From Negaprion brevirostris (lineage: Eukaryota): a stretch of 64,000 nt of DNA. The notes beneath the pieces are model-generated. The model saw only the letters and a program-made list of their open reading frames with translations. It searched no databases and was not told where the DNA came from. Below are positions 51,080 through 63,374 of this stretch, one piece after another. Position 1 is the stretch's first letter, and every line of letters begins with the position of its first letter. Location: contig JARDVH010000073.1 of NCBI GenBank assembly GCA_030324005.1, forward strand, positions 102,873,908 through 102,937,907, given 5' to 3'. Made by a program: the position numbers and the translations under genes.

Positions 51080-51270
51080 ACACTCACCCACTGTGTGTGT
51101 TTACAGAGACTCCTTCCCTCTCATACACTCTCACTTTCTCCCTACCTCTCTTGCGCGCCCATTCTCTCCCTCCCGCTCATGCACATTTTCACTTTCTCTC
51201 TCATACATGCTTGTTCACTCATATACACATGCATACACACTTTCTCTCTCACACATACACACTCGTTCTA
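51080..51270. repeat. Degenerate CT/CA low-complexity tract
   Basis: ctctcacacatacacactc-type repeats; explains the His/Ser/Thr-rich ORFs 50874 and 51016. Confidence 0.7.
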
Positions 51271-52099
51271 GGCCCTCCTCCATGCTTCTTTCCCCATGTT
51301 TCTCTGGTCCCGCTCCAGCTGTGGGCCCACGACTCCAGCCCATTCCAGCTCCTGGCCTCAAACCACTCACAGGTTGGCGCTGAAGCAGGGTGGATGGAGT
51401 AATGGCCCACAAGCTGCCTGCTGGGCAACGCTTTCTTAAAGTATTCTTTTGGTAGAATTATATAGTGAATAACAAGGATAGATTACCTCCTGGGTAATCT
51501 CCTCCCCATTCTACACCGGATTGTAATTTGGTTCAGAAGTTAAAACTTTTTTTTATCCCCATGAATCCTTTATTTTGTCCTTTTGTTTGAAGGCTCTATT
51601 GGTTTTGAGGAGTGGGGGAAGAGTAGGATCCTACCTAACTTTTTGCAACACTGTGAAATCTTCCCTTTTTGTTACTGTCCTAGAACATGGCCAGTGAAAA
51701 TAGAGAAGACCTGACGAATGTAATTCTTAACCACACAATACACAAAATTGGAGTTACCATTGGATATTGGAGTTGCACTGAGGAGAAGGCTATCTTGATT
51801 TACATGAACGGATATTAATGCCTGGTCAATGGGTTAATTGTACTAGAATCCTACATATCTGCACTTTAGAAGATTTTATTGCTGTGAAAGCTACAGAAGG
51901 ATAAAGCCTGCAACTTGCAGAAATATCATTCAACCCACTGGATGTCAAACTTTTAATAGGCCGAGGAAGGAAAATGCAAATGACAGTGAAAAGACATGCA
52001 AATAAATACTTCCATGATTTTAACCTAGTATGTGCCATGTACTGACAAAAGTTACGTCTGTATTTATGTATGTATATCCACATTGAAAAGAATAATGAA

Positions 52100-52495
52100 A
52101 AAGCACTTGCATTTCTATAGCACATTTCATGACTAAGGGCATCCCAAAGCACTTTACAGTCAATTCAGTAGTTTTGAAATGTAGGCACTGTTGTAATGTA
52201 GGAAAAACAGCCACACATGTGCCATAGCAGGCAACCTCAAGCAGCAGAAAAAATTTAATGTTTTTTGGCTGATGTTGGCCAAAGGATAAATATTGATCAA
52301 GACATGATGGACAACTCCTCTGCCCTCCTTCAGAATAACGTCATCAGATCTTTTAAGTCTACCTGAGAAAGCAAACAGGGTCTCAGCAAAAGACAGCACC
52401 TCTGACAGTGTAGCACTCCAATGGAGTGTCAGCCTAGACTTTCATGCTCCCAGGATTGGAACTTGTACCTGCAGTCTCCTGACCCAGATGACTGT
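52100..52495 (-). mobile_element. DeuSINE (SacSINE1-like), near full length
   Basis: acttgcatttctatagcac...cccaaagcactttacag tail, Deu domain, then gacagcacctctgacagtgtagcactcc...gtcagcctaga. Confidence 0.75.
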
Positions 52496-52502
52496 GCATG
52501 TT

Positions 52503-52650
52503 CACAAAGTAAGAAGTCTCACAACACCAGGTTAAAATCCAACAGATTTATTTGGTAGCAAATGCCAAATAAACCTGTTGGACTTTAACCTGGTATTGTG
52601 AGACTTTGTACTGTGTTTACCCCAGTCCAAAGCCGGCATCTCCACATCAT
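52503..52650. mobile_element. Palindromic Penelope-tail-derived insertion
   Basis: Arms of about 53 bp in inverted orientation around the loop GCAAA; the right arm matches the tail of 13771-13867. Confidence 0.7.
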
Positions 52651-53559
52651 GCTAACAAACACATGTTTCACTGAATCACAGTTAGCCATACGTGTCATAA
52701 AGGAGGACAACAAAGTGTCTTTTAATTACTTCTGATTGCCCTTTTTTTGAGCTATTTTCAGTATGGACAGAATGAACAACTACAGCTAAGAGCTTGTCTT
52801 ATGCCTTTTCAGCAGCATGTATTGCTCGTGCATTTGATATTCAGTGATAGAGTGCAGTACATTCCCAGCAGGCATCCAGTAGCATGCAGTCATTAAAATT
52901 TCTGGTAAGAGGCAGGCTTGAAGTGTTATCAGCTGTCCTTTAAGAGAATGAATGAGAATATTAGCTGGTATGTCGCACTACCCATTTTTAACGGGGAAAG
53001 GAAGTGAACTGCATTCAAATGTTTCTGTTATTATTTGGATTGCTCAAAATGTTTACCCAAAATCTTTCTGTATCTCACAATATCCATTATGACCCCCAAC
53101 TCTACTGCACTCAAATTTTAAGCATTGCATTTCTGCTGAGTCCTCAGATATTTTTATGGCAAGTGACTGAGCGATTCAGAAATGTAAACTTCTCAATTAT
53201 TTATAATCGAAGTTCTGACGGCTGTTCAGAATAAACGCAAACATGAAATTGTGCTCAGAATGTTCTTGAAATTGCACTGGTTAGGTTATAGTTCAAGTTT
53301 CCATGAAAATTAATTTCTGTAATCCCAAAATTAAAATATTCCATGAACTAATGTAGTCAAGTAGCATATTGGAATGTGATTTTTTTTTTCTTTCCATTGA
53401 ACAATTCTGTTGAATTTTATTAAGAGTAGTAACCTGGGCAGTATTATTAATATTAATTTTTAATAAGTGACCATTCTTCCACTTTTGACTAATTTGATTT
53501 TAAATCACTGAAAATTGTGAAAGAATAAAGCTATACCAGGCCATGTAATAGGTTTACTT

Positions 53560-53811
53560 CAGTTCAGTTTATTTATTAGTGCCACAGTAGGCTTACATTA
53601 ACACTGCAATAAACTTACTGTGAAAATCCCCTAGTCGCCACAGTCCAGTGCCTGTTCAGATACACTGAGGGGGAATTTAACTTAGCCGATGCACCTAACC
53701 AGCATGTCTTTCAGACTGTGGGAGGAAACCCATACTCCGCCAAGACGGTGATCCAAACCAAGAATTGAACCCACTTGCACTGTGAGACAGCAATGCTTGC
53801 CACTGTGCCAC
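53560..53811 (-). mobile_element. V-SINE, tail type A
   Basis: tttattagtgccacagtaggcttacattaacactgcaat...gtgaaaatcccctagtcgccac...gaattgaaccc...cactgtgccac. Confidence 0.85.
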
Positions 53812-54382
53812 ATTCATCAGACTATTGTGCACTCATCAGATTATTGACACTAAATTTTTTTTGACACGATACCTATNNNNNNNNNNNNNNNNNNNNNNNN
53901 NNGGCCTTTCAAACCAGCATAATTGGCAAAATTTTACAATTGTGACCTGGAGCCTTTTAAGTTTTCTGGTCAAAACTTGATCCAAACATAATTGAATTTT
54001 GAACCAGTAGGAAAAGTTGTAGCAAATAAAAATAATCAGTGGTCTCAGTCATAACTCATTTGTATTTTTAATAACATTTTTGTTGGCTCAGTTAATTTTG
54101 ATTGCGTTGCCCTATTATTCACAGAAACACGAGGAAACTTGAGTTCCTATCACAAGATCGATTTGAATTACAAATTCAACTAGGCATATCTGAACTCACC
54201 CGTTTCAAAAAAAAACATAGGTTCTCATCATAGCATTCAACTATATCCGAAATGATTCTATTTTTTTTCAGCATTCTACTCAAAGGTTCAAATTGCTGCA
54301 TGCAAAGTACTTCCTGACATTAATCTAAAATTTGCCTTTCACTTTTTTCAAACTATGTCCCTTGCTCCTATACTCTTTATAT

Positions 54383-55440
54383 AATATTGCTGAAGAAAAA
54401 GATACATTTTGTCAAAGCTTTTTGTCTTACATGCATCAGGATGACTCACAAGAAAACCAATGTCAGGGTAAACAACAAATTTATACTGCATGAGAAGAGA
54501 GATTACTCCCTGCTGTTAATTGCACAGACTCATAAACAGACCCAAGGCCATCACTCTCATCCCTGAAACTTGCTCAGCCCATCTCAAGTTATCCTGGGAA
54601 AACAAGGAATCTCAAAAACTTGGGCAACATGTGGAACTAGCTGTTTCATTCTCCTACTATGGGGTTGAATTGTAAATTGAATCACACTGATCCTCCCAGC
54701 GGGAATTTCACCAGTTTTCCCACTTGGGACGACACTTGGAAATTTTTGTGAGACTTCCACCCAAAGTTTATGAATTTCAGTGCCAGTGTGATGCTCGGGA
54801 TGTAGGCCATATGTCTCAAAGACTGGTGGATCATTCCAAACAGCATATCCCTTCTGCTGATCACAACGAACAAGGGACAAACCATATACAACCAGCCTGT
54901 GCTCACAGAACTTATTCAGTGTCCAACATTAGATGTGATTCTGTGATTGGATCTCTGTTCGGTAATCTTTTTGAATTAATTTTCAGTTTTAAACTGACAA
55001 TCAATTAAGACCATTAGTCCGGTTTGCAGTGTGACACATTTGCATGTACTGGTTACATATGTTAATACACAGAACTTGCAGACAGAAAGAACACGTACAC
55101 ACCTTGAGTCTGTTTTGGTTGAACAAAATAAGTGATAGACATTTGCTATATTATTCTTCAGGGCAGTGCCTTGACAATCGGAGTCAAGCTGCCTGGTTTA
55201 AATTTCAAGCAATGCTTGGCAGTTAATGGTCAGTCACCAACAACTGGTGCATTTTCCATGGCAACACTTCTACCAATCAGAGTCCACTTCCCAATCAATC
55301 TTCATGCTCTCCTCATCCAGTATAAATTTGTAATTTTTCCTGACATTGGTATTCATGCAGATTGTCCTGATAGGTGGAAGACAAAAAGCTTTGACAAAAA
55401 AATGACTCAGCAATATTCAAGTTATGTACAACTAAATGAC
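54383..55440 (+). mobile_element. Penelope-like retroelement remnant (GIY-YIG endonuclease region) with an inverted 5' arm
   Basis: KVYEFQCQCDARDVGHMSQRLVDHSKQHIP matches the Penelope GIY-YIG pattern VYxFxCxCxxxYxGxTxxRLxxRxKQH. 54383-54502 is an inverted copy of 55307-55417. Confidence 0.85.
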
Positions 55441-57138
55441 TATCATTTAATTAGCTTGCAGTAATGTTGTAGATCTATCTTGACTGTACTGCAATTGCTC
55501 CATAAGTTCACCACCTTCCTAGGTTAACTTGTACTGCTTATGCAATATACAGGCCTTGCATAACTTGATGACGCCATGAATCATAGTAGCAAGCTTATTT
55601 TCTGAAAAGTAAGTCCTTGTTAATGTTTTGGGGTTTTGCACTTGGGGCTATAGCCAGGATAAAATAGATCCAGCCCTAATGCCCACTATCGTCAGTGGAA
55701 GGAATTATCCCGATAGATCACACTAGATTTTGTGGCTATTTGAAATTCTTCGCAGCCCAGTTCCTGAATCATCATCTGATTTGCTTCAGGAAATGTCCCA
55801 ATTCAGCTCTTCTTTCATGAGTACTTACAAAAAAATGTTAAACATGTAACCTGAAGCAAGTATTGACTTCGTTGAAAGGTTGCAAGTTCAGATGTTATGC
55901 TTGACTACGTTCCAAATTAATCCAAGGTGGTACTCATAAGAGCAAATATTCGTCAAGTTCTAGAATTCAAACAGTTTCTAGAACACAAAGTAACCTCTCA
56001 TCAAGTTTTTTTTGTGCCTTTTGGTACTTTATTTCCAATCAAAAATCCAATTTTGCCCAATCAGAGTGGCCACAAGAGAGACACAACAGATCCAAGCTGA
56101 CAAGACAGGATCGATCAAACAAGATCCAAGCTGACAGGATGAGGCACTGCACACCCTCTGGGCTTGATCTGAGCTTTGCCAAAAGGCTGAGATGGCTTTA
56201 AAAAATTGCTTCAGGTGAAGCCCCAGTGTAACCAGGTGCAGAATCAAAAACAACACTTGACCTTTGTCAAAAGGCCGAGAGGTATCCTTATACCAAGTTG
56301 AAGCAGGTTTTATGTCTCCAATCTGGTTCAGTTTTGCAGAGGATAGTCCATAGGTCAGAAGACTTTATTATTCAATATTGTGATTATGACACAAATTATG
56401 AACTCATCTATGAAAGGTGTTAAATCCTTTAAAAAGACATTCCAACTAGAGGTGTAATTGTCTTTTTTGCCAATATGTAAATTATCCTCAGTTCTNNNNA
56501 TATTCTAACTGTTATTAGTACAACACCACTTGTGCTCTCTATTATCTCTTAGAATTGCTGGGAAGAAGCAGAGAGAATTTATCTAAAGTTTATTTTCCGG
56601 TGACATAATGAACAAGTAGTGAATTGTTTGTGAATGCAGGAGAACATAATATTCAAAATGGTGACTACCAGACCTGTAGTGCCATAAAATAAAATAGGAC
56701 AAGAAGAGATAGATGATTGAAAAGAAACCTTTGAGACAGTGACATCCCATCATAACATTGAAGCTAATGTGCTAGATTGGTGTACGTACATCTGTTTTAA
56801 GTCTGCCTGGATTAATGAATGTTGCTAAGAGGGCAGATGGATAACATGAATGATTGCAAATCTCTACCATTGCCCCTTTTTTAGGCTGTCTACTAGGAGT
56901 CGTAAGCTACTGTCGTGGCAGAATATCACTGTCTGACATGGAAGCTGACATAAATCTCTCCTGGTGCTTGCTCACCTGATGCAGGGAAGATTGAACACTA
57001 AGTAAAGTGTAGAATCTGATGCGTCTCCGCACCATCTAAGAGCTACTGATTAANNNNNNNNNNTATTCCTGCTGAAAGCTAATTTTCAAATATGAAAATG
57101 ATAACTGAAATGCTTATACAGTGATGTGAGTCCTTCTG

Positions 57139-57165
57139 CCTTACCTAGAGAGTAAAATAATATTT
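57139..57165 (-). promoter_or_regulatory. Candidate recursive splice site (YAG|GTAAG)
   Basis: Minus strand attattttactctcTAG|GTAAGG, with a downstream donor CAG|GTGAGC at 56976/56975. Confidence 0.35.
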
Positions 57166-57754
57166 TCAGCTTTTGTCCTGAGGCTAGTGGTCAAGTGATC
57201 GTGAATATCCACTTGTCAAATTGTCATTTGCCCTTTTTTTTGTAAGTAGAAAATGCTAGGAATTTAGACAGTAAGAACATGGCAGGATGCTTTTATTGAG
57301 CACGAGATAAAAATCAATGTTGGGCAATGACATTCTTTCATTTGTGCTGCTTAGGGGAAGCTCAGGGAGGTCAAGAATATTCATCGGATCCCCCCACTCG
57401 TTACTGGCCTGTTCAGGCCTCGGGAAGAGAGTAAAATGCCACATTATTCCACCACTGCCAAGGGGTCAAATCTGATCGAGTCAATGATTATTTCTCAGCC
57501 CTTATATTTTATTATTGCATGCAGTTGAAAGTCTAGGGAGTGAAGTTATTGTTCCTTGGTGAATACTGTTAGGTAGTTATAAAGAACATTCTGTGCAGGT
57601 ATGGAAGAGTGAAGCAACAAGCACTGTTTTGGCAATTTGTTTGAAGCATTGACTCTTTTCCATAACACACATAAGGATATATTATTGGTTTGCATTTGTG
57701 TTAGTAGCTATCTAAAGATATGACGACATGAATTATATTACATTTCATGTATTC

Positions 57755-57870
57755 ATCAGAATTCTACCATCCCACTCGCCATGGGAACCAAAGCAGACAA
57801 TGGGTAGGTCCATTGACATCGGGCGTGATTTTCTGATGTTGCATCGAACGAGGCAATAAAATCCCACCCA
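57755..57870. mobile_element. Small MITE-like element
   Basis: CpG-containing patch with imperfect termini cagaattctacc / ataaaatcccaccc, similar in style to 9086-9225. Confidence 0.4.
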
Positions 57871-58344
57871 TTGTCTGTAGCGAAGAAAAACTGAACTTCG
57901 CAAATATATTTTGGAATTTGATACCAATGTGAACTGACTTATAATATTGCTGAAGTTTAAAAGCTGGGAACTTCCTCGCGGTTTTTAACAACATGGTTAA
58001 CTAAGTTTTCAGTGAAGCATAATGTTTGAAATTGATATTTTTAATGCTATATTCACGATATAAACATATAGAACTGTCTTTTGGAGAAGACAGTTTGAGT
58101 CATGTATCACAGTGGTGACGTACTGGTTGTGGCACGGCTGTCACTGTGAAGTGGTTGCAATTTCAATTGATCAGCTATATCACTAGAGAAGAATGTTGGC
58201 TCAGTTGTGCTATTTTTCTATCCCTATAGTGTGTTAGTACCACAATATAAATTAAACCTAACAATATTGTTAATATTGTTATAAAAACAAATGTTGCTTT
58301 AAAAAAAGGTGAATAAACTGAGAAAAAGATAGCCAAAGTATCAA

Positions 58345-58683
58345 CATGGCTCAATTGTGGAATTCCTGCCTCTGAGTCAGAAAGTTATGAATAAAATACT
58401 TGGCTGATGCTTCAGTACAATACTGAATGTTGGGCATTGTATTGCTACAGATGGTCTAAGACATCAAAACTGAGGCTGATTTCTGCTCGTCTAGGCATTC
58501 TGGTGAACCAAAAGATCCCACTATTCAAAGCTGAGCAGGAAGACATCATGTTCTCCTGACCAACATTCCTTCCTCAATTAGCATTAACAAAAACAAATGA
58601 ACTGGCCATCAGTCTCACATCAGGCTTTGCTTGGTGCAAAATGGCCATTGTGTTTATGGAGCAACAATGATCATTCTTCAAAG
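58345..58683 (+). mobile_element. DeuSINE (SacSINE1-like)
   Basis: catggctcaattg...tgcctctgagtcagaaagttatg head; aaagatcccactattcaaag...ccaacattccttcctcaa Deu domain. Confidence 0.65.
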
Positions 58684-58884
58684 TTTTTTTTAAAGTTTAT
58701 TTACTAGTGTCACAAGTAGGCTAACGTTAACACTGCTATGAAGTTAATGTGAAAATCCCCTTATAATGTTCCCAAGTAATCATTAAATGATACAATGTGA
58801 AAGGAGGCCATTTGGCCCATTGTGTCCATGCCAGCTCTTTGGTAGAACTATCCATTTAATCCCCCTCCCCTCTGATTCATAAAA

Positions 58885-58998
58885 ATAAAAGCAAAATACA
58901 ATGGATACAGGAAAAAAACACAGCAAGCATTGGAAAACCCAGGCTGCATCTGTGGAGAGAGAAACAGTTAACATTTTGATCCAATATGACACTTCATA
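58885..58998 (-). mobile_element. Decayed Penelope-type terminal fragment
   Basis: gcatctgtggagagagaaacagttaacattttgatcc...gacacttcat is homologous to 33532-33627; the hammerhead core is mutated. Confidence 0.55.
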
Positions 58999-59149
58999 TT
59001 GATAAGATTATTGATATTCATATATGATTGACTTTTTTTAATTGGCTTTTTGTAGTATCAAGATGAACATTACTTGTCCAATATAAGCAGCTGACTGTGA
59101 TGAGCATGGTTAGTAAAATTGGGTCAACTGTATATCATTCTTTGACTCG

Positions 59150-59245
59150 AATCATAGAATCCCTGTTGTGCAGAAAGAAGCCATTCGGCCCATCGAGCCT
59201 GCTCCGGTAACAGTCCTATCCAGGCCCTATCCCTGTAACCTCATG
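59150..59245 (-). mobile_element. HE1/HER1 3' tail fragment
   Basis: gaatcatagaatccctgttgtgcagaaagaagccattcggcccatcgag. Confidence 0.7.
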
Positions 59246-59999
59246 ATTACGCATCTTAAGAATTTTTGGTGTATGTTAACAGCACTTTATAAACACAAGT
59301 TGCTATTGTAGATCAAAGATTTTTCAAAGGTTTCATTTGGTTTTCTCTAAAGTTCCAGTTACCGTGTTTCAGGGGAAACAATCTAAAGCAATTAATGGAT
59401 CACTGCCTTTCGCAATTCACGGGATTTGAATACACCTCAACATTCTAGAGTCAGAAGAGCTTAATTTCAGATAGATTCACTTTTAGGAAGAAGGAAGAAA
59501 TTCCCAGATGCAGTCCAACTAGGTGCTAGGTATAAATTTGCATCTACGATTTCCCATCCGGAGAATTTGTGTCTCACTTATGCCACCAGGGATAAGGAAC
59601 AGGGAAGAAGAAAAGATTGATGAATGTCTCACCATGGGTCCCTTCCTCCACAGCTCTCTTCTACTGCCCCTCCCACCATCACTGCCCGCCACTTACAGTG
59701 CTTTGAAAAGGACCTCACTGTACATCAGTATCTACTTCTCTCAACCAATAGTGTGTGGCAAAAGGGACTTAAATGAGTGAATGTTATAAATATGAAATGA
59801 CACTAATTACTGCATACACTGTTACACAGGGTAAAGTTTTCATGCATATCTGTGAGCAAAGGTTTTAAAATGATTATGACTCTTATCATTGATTAATTTA
59901 AGACTTGTTGGGCAAGGTTGCAGTGATGCATTTTGTTGCCTTGATATATCGTTCAGTTGAGTTGCAGAACTTGATCCTGCAGCTCCATTTACAGGGTCA

Positions 60000-60405
60000 G
60001 CTGTGACGTGATCAGTAGCATTTTTTGCCTCTGACACACAAGATTGTGGATTCACGTTCTCCCCCTGAGGGTTGAGCACATAAATTCAGGCTCTCCAGAG
60101 CACTACTGAAAGAGTCCTTCTTTGCTGGAGAAGAAGTTAAACTGAGGCCCTCACTCTTCTCCTCCCGCACCCCCTCCCTTCTCCCCGCCTTCCCTTTCCA
60201 AGTGGATTCCCATAGTGCTATCCAAAGAAGAGCAGGGGTTTGCTCCCAGCATCTCCCAGCCAACACCCTGTTGTTTGTAGGAGCTTGCTGTCTACAAATT
60301 GGCTGCTGCATTTCCTGAATTACAACAGTGACTACACTTCAAAAGTACTTAATTGGTTGCAAAGTGCATTGGGAAATGCTGAGGGTGTGAAAGTGCTCAG
60401 TAAAA
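60000..60405 (+). mobile_element. DeuSINE (SacSINE1-like)
   Basis: ttgcctctgacacacaagattgtggattca...gagcacataa; cttgctgtctacaaattggctgctgcatttcct...acagtgactacacttcaaaagtacttaattggttg. Confidence 0.75.
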
Positions 60406-61257
60406 TTCCCACATTTTCCCACAAGGAAATCAAATCCTTGTATACATTTTTCTTTGCCATTGATGTAATTTCTCATTCGGAGTCGTTCTTTGAAATAATA
60501 ATGCTAACATATTTTGAATTTTCTTTTCTTTCTTCTTCTCCCTCCCTTTAATAGAGACTGCATTTGCCTCCAGACTTGTCAGACACAGTGAGCCGATCAA
60601 GCAAACAGGATCTGGCAGAGTCAGCCAAACTGCTGAGCACAGGATGTGGTGGTGCAGCCAGAGGCAAGAAGCACCTGGACTTTTAGTGACTTTTATTTAA
60701 CCATATCATTCTGAATTCTCATCATATGCAAAGTGTGATTATGAATCATTGGTGTACACTTAAATGTGATAAATATTTTTGTCTAGATAATGAGCAAGAG
60801 TGTGAATCATTCAGCAGAAATAGAAATAAAACGATGGTTTGTTTTTTGGAATGAAGTTCATGTTGCATTCTAATTGGTACTTATGCTCTGTGATAATAAG
60901 TTGACCATATAATGGATTGTGTACAGTATAATTCTGTTAACCTTTCATTATTTACAAAAACAAATCAGGCCATAAAAATGTTTATTTCTGTCAATGGATT
61001 GGAGAAAATAACCAAGGGAGAAAAGTTACATTTGTTGAATTATTGTTTGAAAGATACAAAGTTTATGCATATAATTCACCCCAAGTGTGGGGTTTCTAAG
61101 AAATGTGATGAGGCACAAATCATTCATTTATTCTTCATTGAAAAAATACTATATTTAGAAAAAAGTGTTTAGGATTTTTTATCATGCAATAAACTGGATC
61201 CATTCCAAGTACTTGGAAAATTTATACAAACTTTCTGTCTAGTATTGCATTAGAAAT

Positions 61258-61580
61258 AACAAATAACAACAAATTGCATCTTTACAATGTAATAATCACT
61301 CTAGGCATTTCATAGGAGTATTACTGACCAAATTTGGCGCAGAATCACAAAGGAGATAGTTGAATTGGTGACCAAAAGCTTGGTCAAAGAGGTAGGCTTA
61401 AAGAAGCATCGTTATAGAGGAGAGAGAGGCCAATAGATTTAAAGAGAGAATTCCAGAACTTCGGCTGAGTAGCTGAAAAGGTTTGACTGCCAATTGTGGA
61501 ACTAAAATAAAATCAAGACAGCAGAAGAAGCGAGAATTGGGGGAATACAGAGACCTCAACAGAATTGGAGGATTGATTGA
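61258..61580 (-). mobile_element. L2 LINE 3' end
   Basis: aacaacaaattgcat...tgaccaaaagcttggtcaaagaggtaggctta...gagagaattccaga, a typical reversed L2 3' region. Confidence 0.65.
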
Positions 61581-61582
61581 TT

Positions 61583-61750
61583 GAGTCCAAAGATGTGCGG
61601 GTTTGGTGGATTGGCCATGTTACATTGCCCCTTACTGTCAGGTAAGCTAGCACGGGTAAACGCATAGGGTTATGGGAATAGGGCCTGGGTGGGATAGTGG
61701 TCGCTGGGCCAAATGGACTCTTTCTGCACTGTTGGATTCTACAATTCTAT
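61583..61750 (+). mobile_element. HE1 V-SINE 3' half (tail type B)
   Basis: agtccaaagatgtgcgggtttggtggattggccatg...gggccaaatggactctttctgcactgttggattctacaattcta. Confidence 0.8.
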
Positions 61751-61939
61751 TGCAGGAGATGACAAACATAGGTATTAAAGTAATTAGCTGTACTTTTAAG
61801 CACATTAATGGCAAATACACATTTTTCAAAAATACTCCTCAAATACTCCATTAATGAGAAGGCAAACAATAGAAAAAGATTCTGTAAGTGAACTTCAAGA
61901 TAAAGACAGTGGACCATGGAACGGAATGAGGAATAACAG

Positions 61940-62235
61940 CGTCCCAGATCTGAGAGAGGTAGATCAGGACAGGAAGAAATAAAATGTTCGGTAAGATAAT
62001 TTTTGCTGGCTCCCTCTTTGCCGGGATGGCATCCACTTTGGACCCTTTGAAATCTCATGTCATTGTGGTGGCAAACTCCTGACCACAACTGATGTTGCCG
62101 TTTGCATTGGATGTCAGAGTTTCCCACTTGTTATGATTGATGTTGAGTACTTCCACATCTCCCTTAGAGTGCTTCCTTTAATCAAAATTTGGACACCCTG
62201 CTGGTCTCCTTGGCACAGGCTACCTTCCCATAAAG
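61940..62235 (-). mobile_element. Possible very old L1/Tx1-type C-terminal relic
   Basis: Fragments EMWKYSTS...VVVRSLP and C...TEHFISSCP loosely recall the zf-RVT/CCHC end of L1/Tx1 ORF2; weak. Confidence 0.25.
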
Positions 62236-62559
62236 GAAGTGTATTTTTTTTTAAATCCAACTGGTTCACTGATGTGTTTTCATGGAAGGAAACCTGCTGT
62301 CCATACATAGTCTGCATTTTGTGTGAATCCCAAACTACAGCAATGTTTTTGACTCCTGCCTGTCCTCTGAAGTGGCCGAGAAAGTCAATNNNNNNNNNNN
62401 NNNNNNNNNNNNNNNNNNNNNNNNNNNNNNNNNNNNNNNNNNNNNNNNNNNNNNNNNNNNNNNNNNNNNNNNNNNNNNNNNNNNNNNNNTATAACCACCT
62501 TCTCCAGTTAATTAAGGATGGACAAGAAATAACATCCTGTATATAAAGAGCAAGACAAA

Positions 62560-63360
62560 TCCAATCACCTCCCCACCATCCTACGGTTGACCATCAACAA
62601 AGTGATGGAAGGTGCAACTAGTTCTATTAAGCCGTACTAAACTCACCAAAAATCTGTTTGCTGGTGCTTAGTTTGTGTGTTCCACCACACAATTCTGGCT
62701 ACAAATCTCACTGGCGCTCGACCTGTTATGGTGAGAGATAACTGGAGTTGTAACTTACACAAAAGATGATGATTGTGGTTGTTGGAGATCAATCATCTCA
62801 GCTCCAGGACATCGCTGCTGGAGTTCCTCAGGATAGTGTCCTCGACCGAAACAAATTCAGCAATGATCTTCCCTCCAACATAAGGCCAAAGTGGATATGT
62901 TCACTGATTGATCAGTGGTCAGTTCCATTTTCAATTCCTCAAATAACGAAACAGTTCATCATGCTTACATGCAGCAAAACCAGACAACATTCAGGCTTGG
63001 CCTGTTAAGTGACAAGTAATATTTATGCTACACAAATATTAAGTAGTGACTACCTCCAACAAGAGAGAATCTTCCATTGACTGCTAACAGGATTGCCATT
63101 GCTGAATCCCAAATATCAACACCTAGGGGTCACCATTGATCAGAAGCTTAATTGAGGCAGCCATATAAATGCTGTGGCTGCAAGATCAGCTCCAAACCTG
63201 GGTATTCTGTAGTGGGTAATTCACCTCCCCAACTTTCCAAAGCCTGTCCACTATCTACCAAATAAGGATTATGATGGAATACTCTTTATTTGCCTAAATG
63301 AGTGGAGCTCCAATAACTTGAAACTTGACAACACTCAGACAACAAAACAGTCCATTTGAT
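62560..63360 (+). mobile_element. CR1-clade LINE fragment (same family as 42230-43345)
   Basis: VVVGDQSSQLQDIAAGVPQDSVL peptide (GVPQGSVL motif); alignable by eye to 42240-42790. Confidence 0.8.
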
Positions 63361-63374
63361 GTTCTCAGTATTTA

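Noticed and set aside
50874-51412. 169-aa and 128-aa ORFs
   Set aside because: Run through CT/CA low-complexity and repeat-like DNA.
51481-51545. AG|ATTACCTCCTG giving DYLLG, like the start of the expected next HIP1R exon
   Set aside because: No pyrimidine tract, similarity ends after four residues, and there is an in-frame stop.
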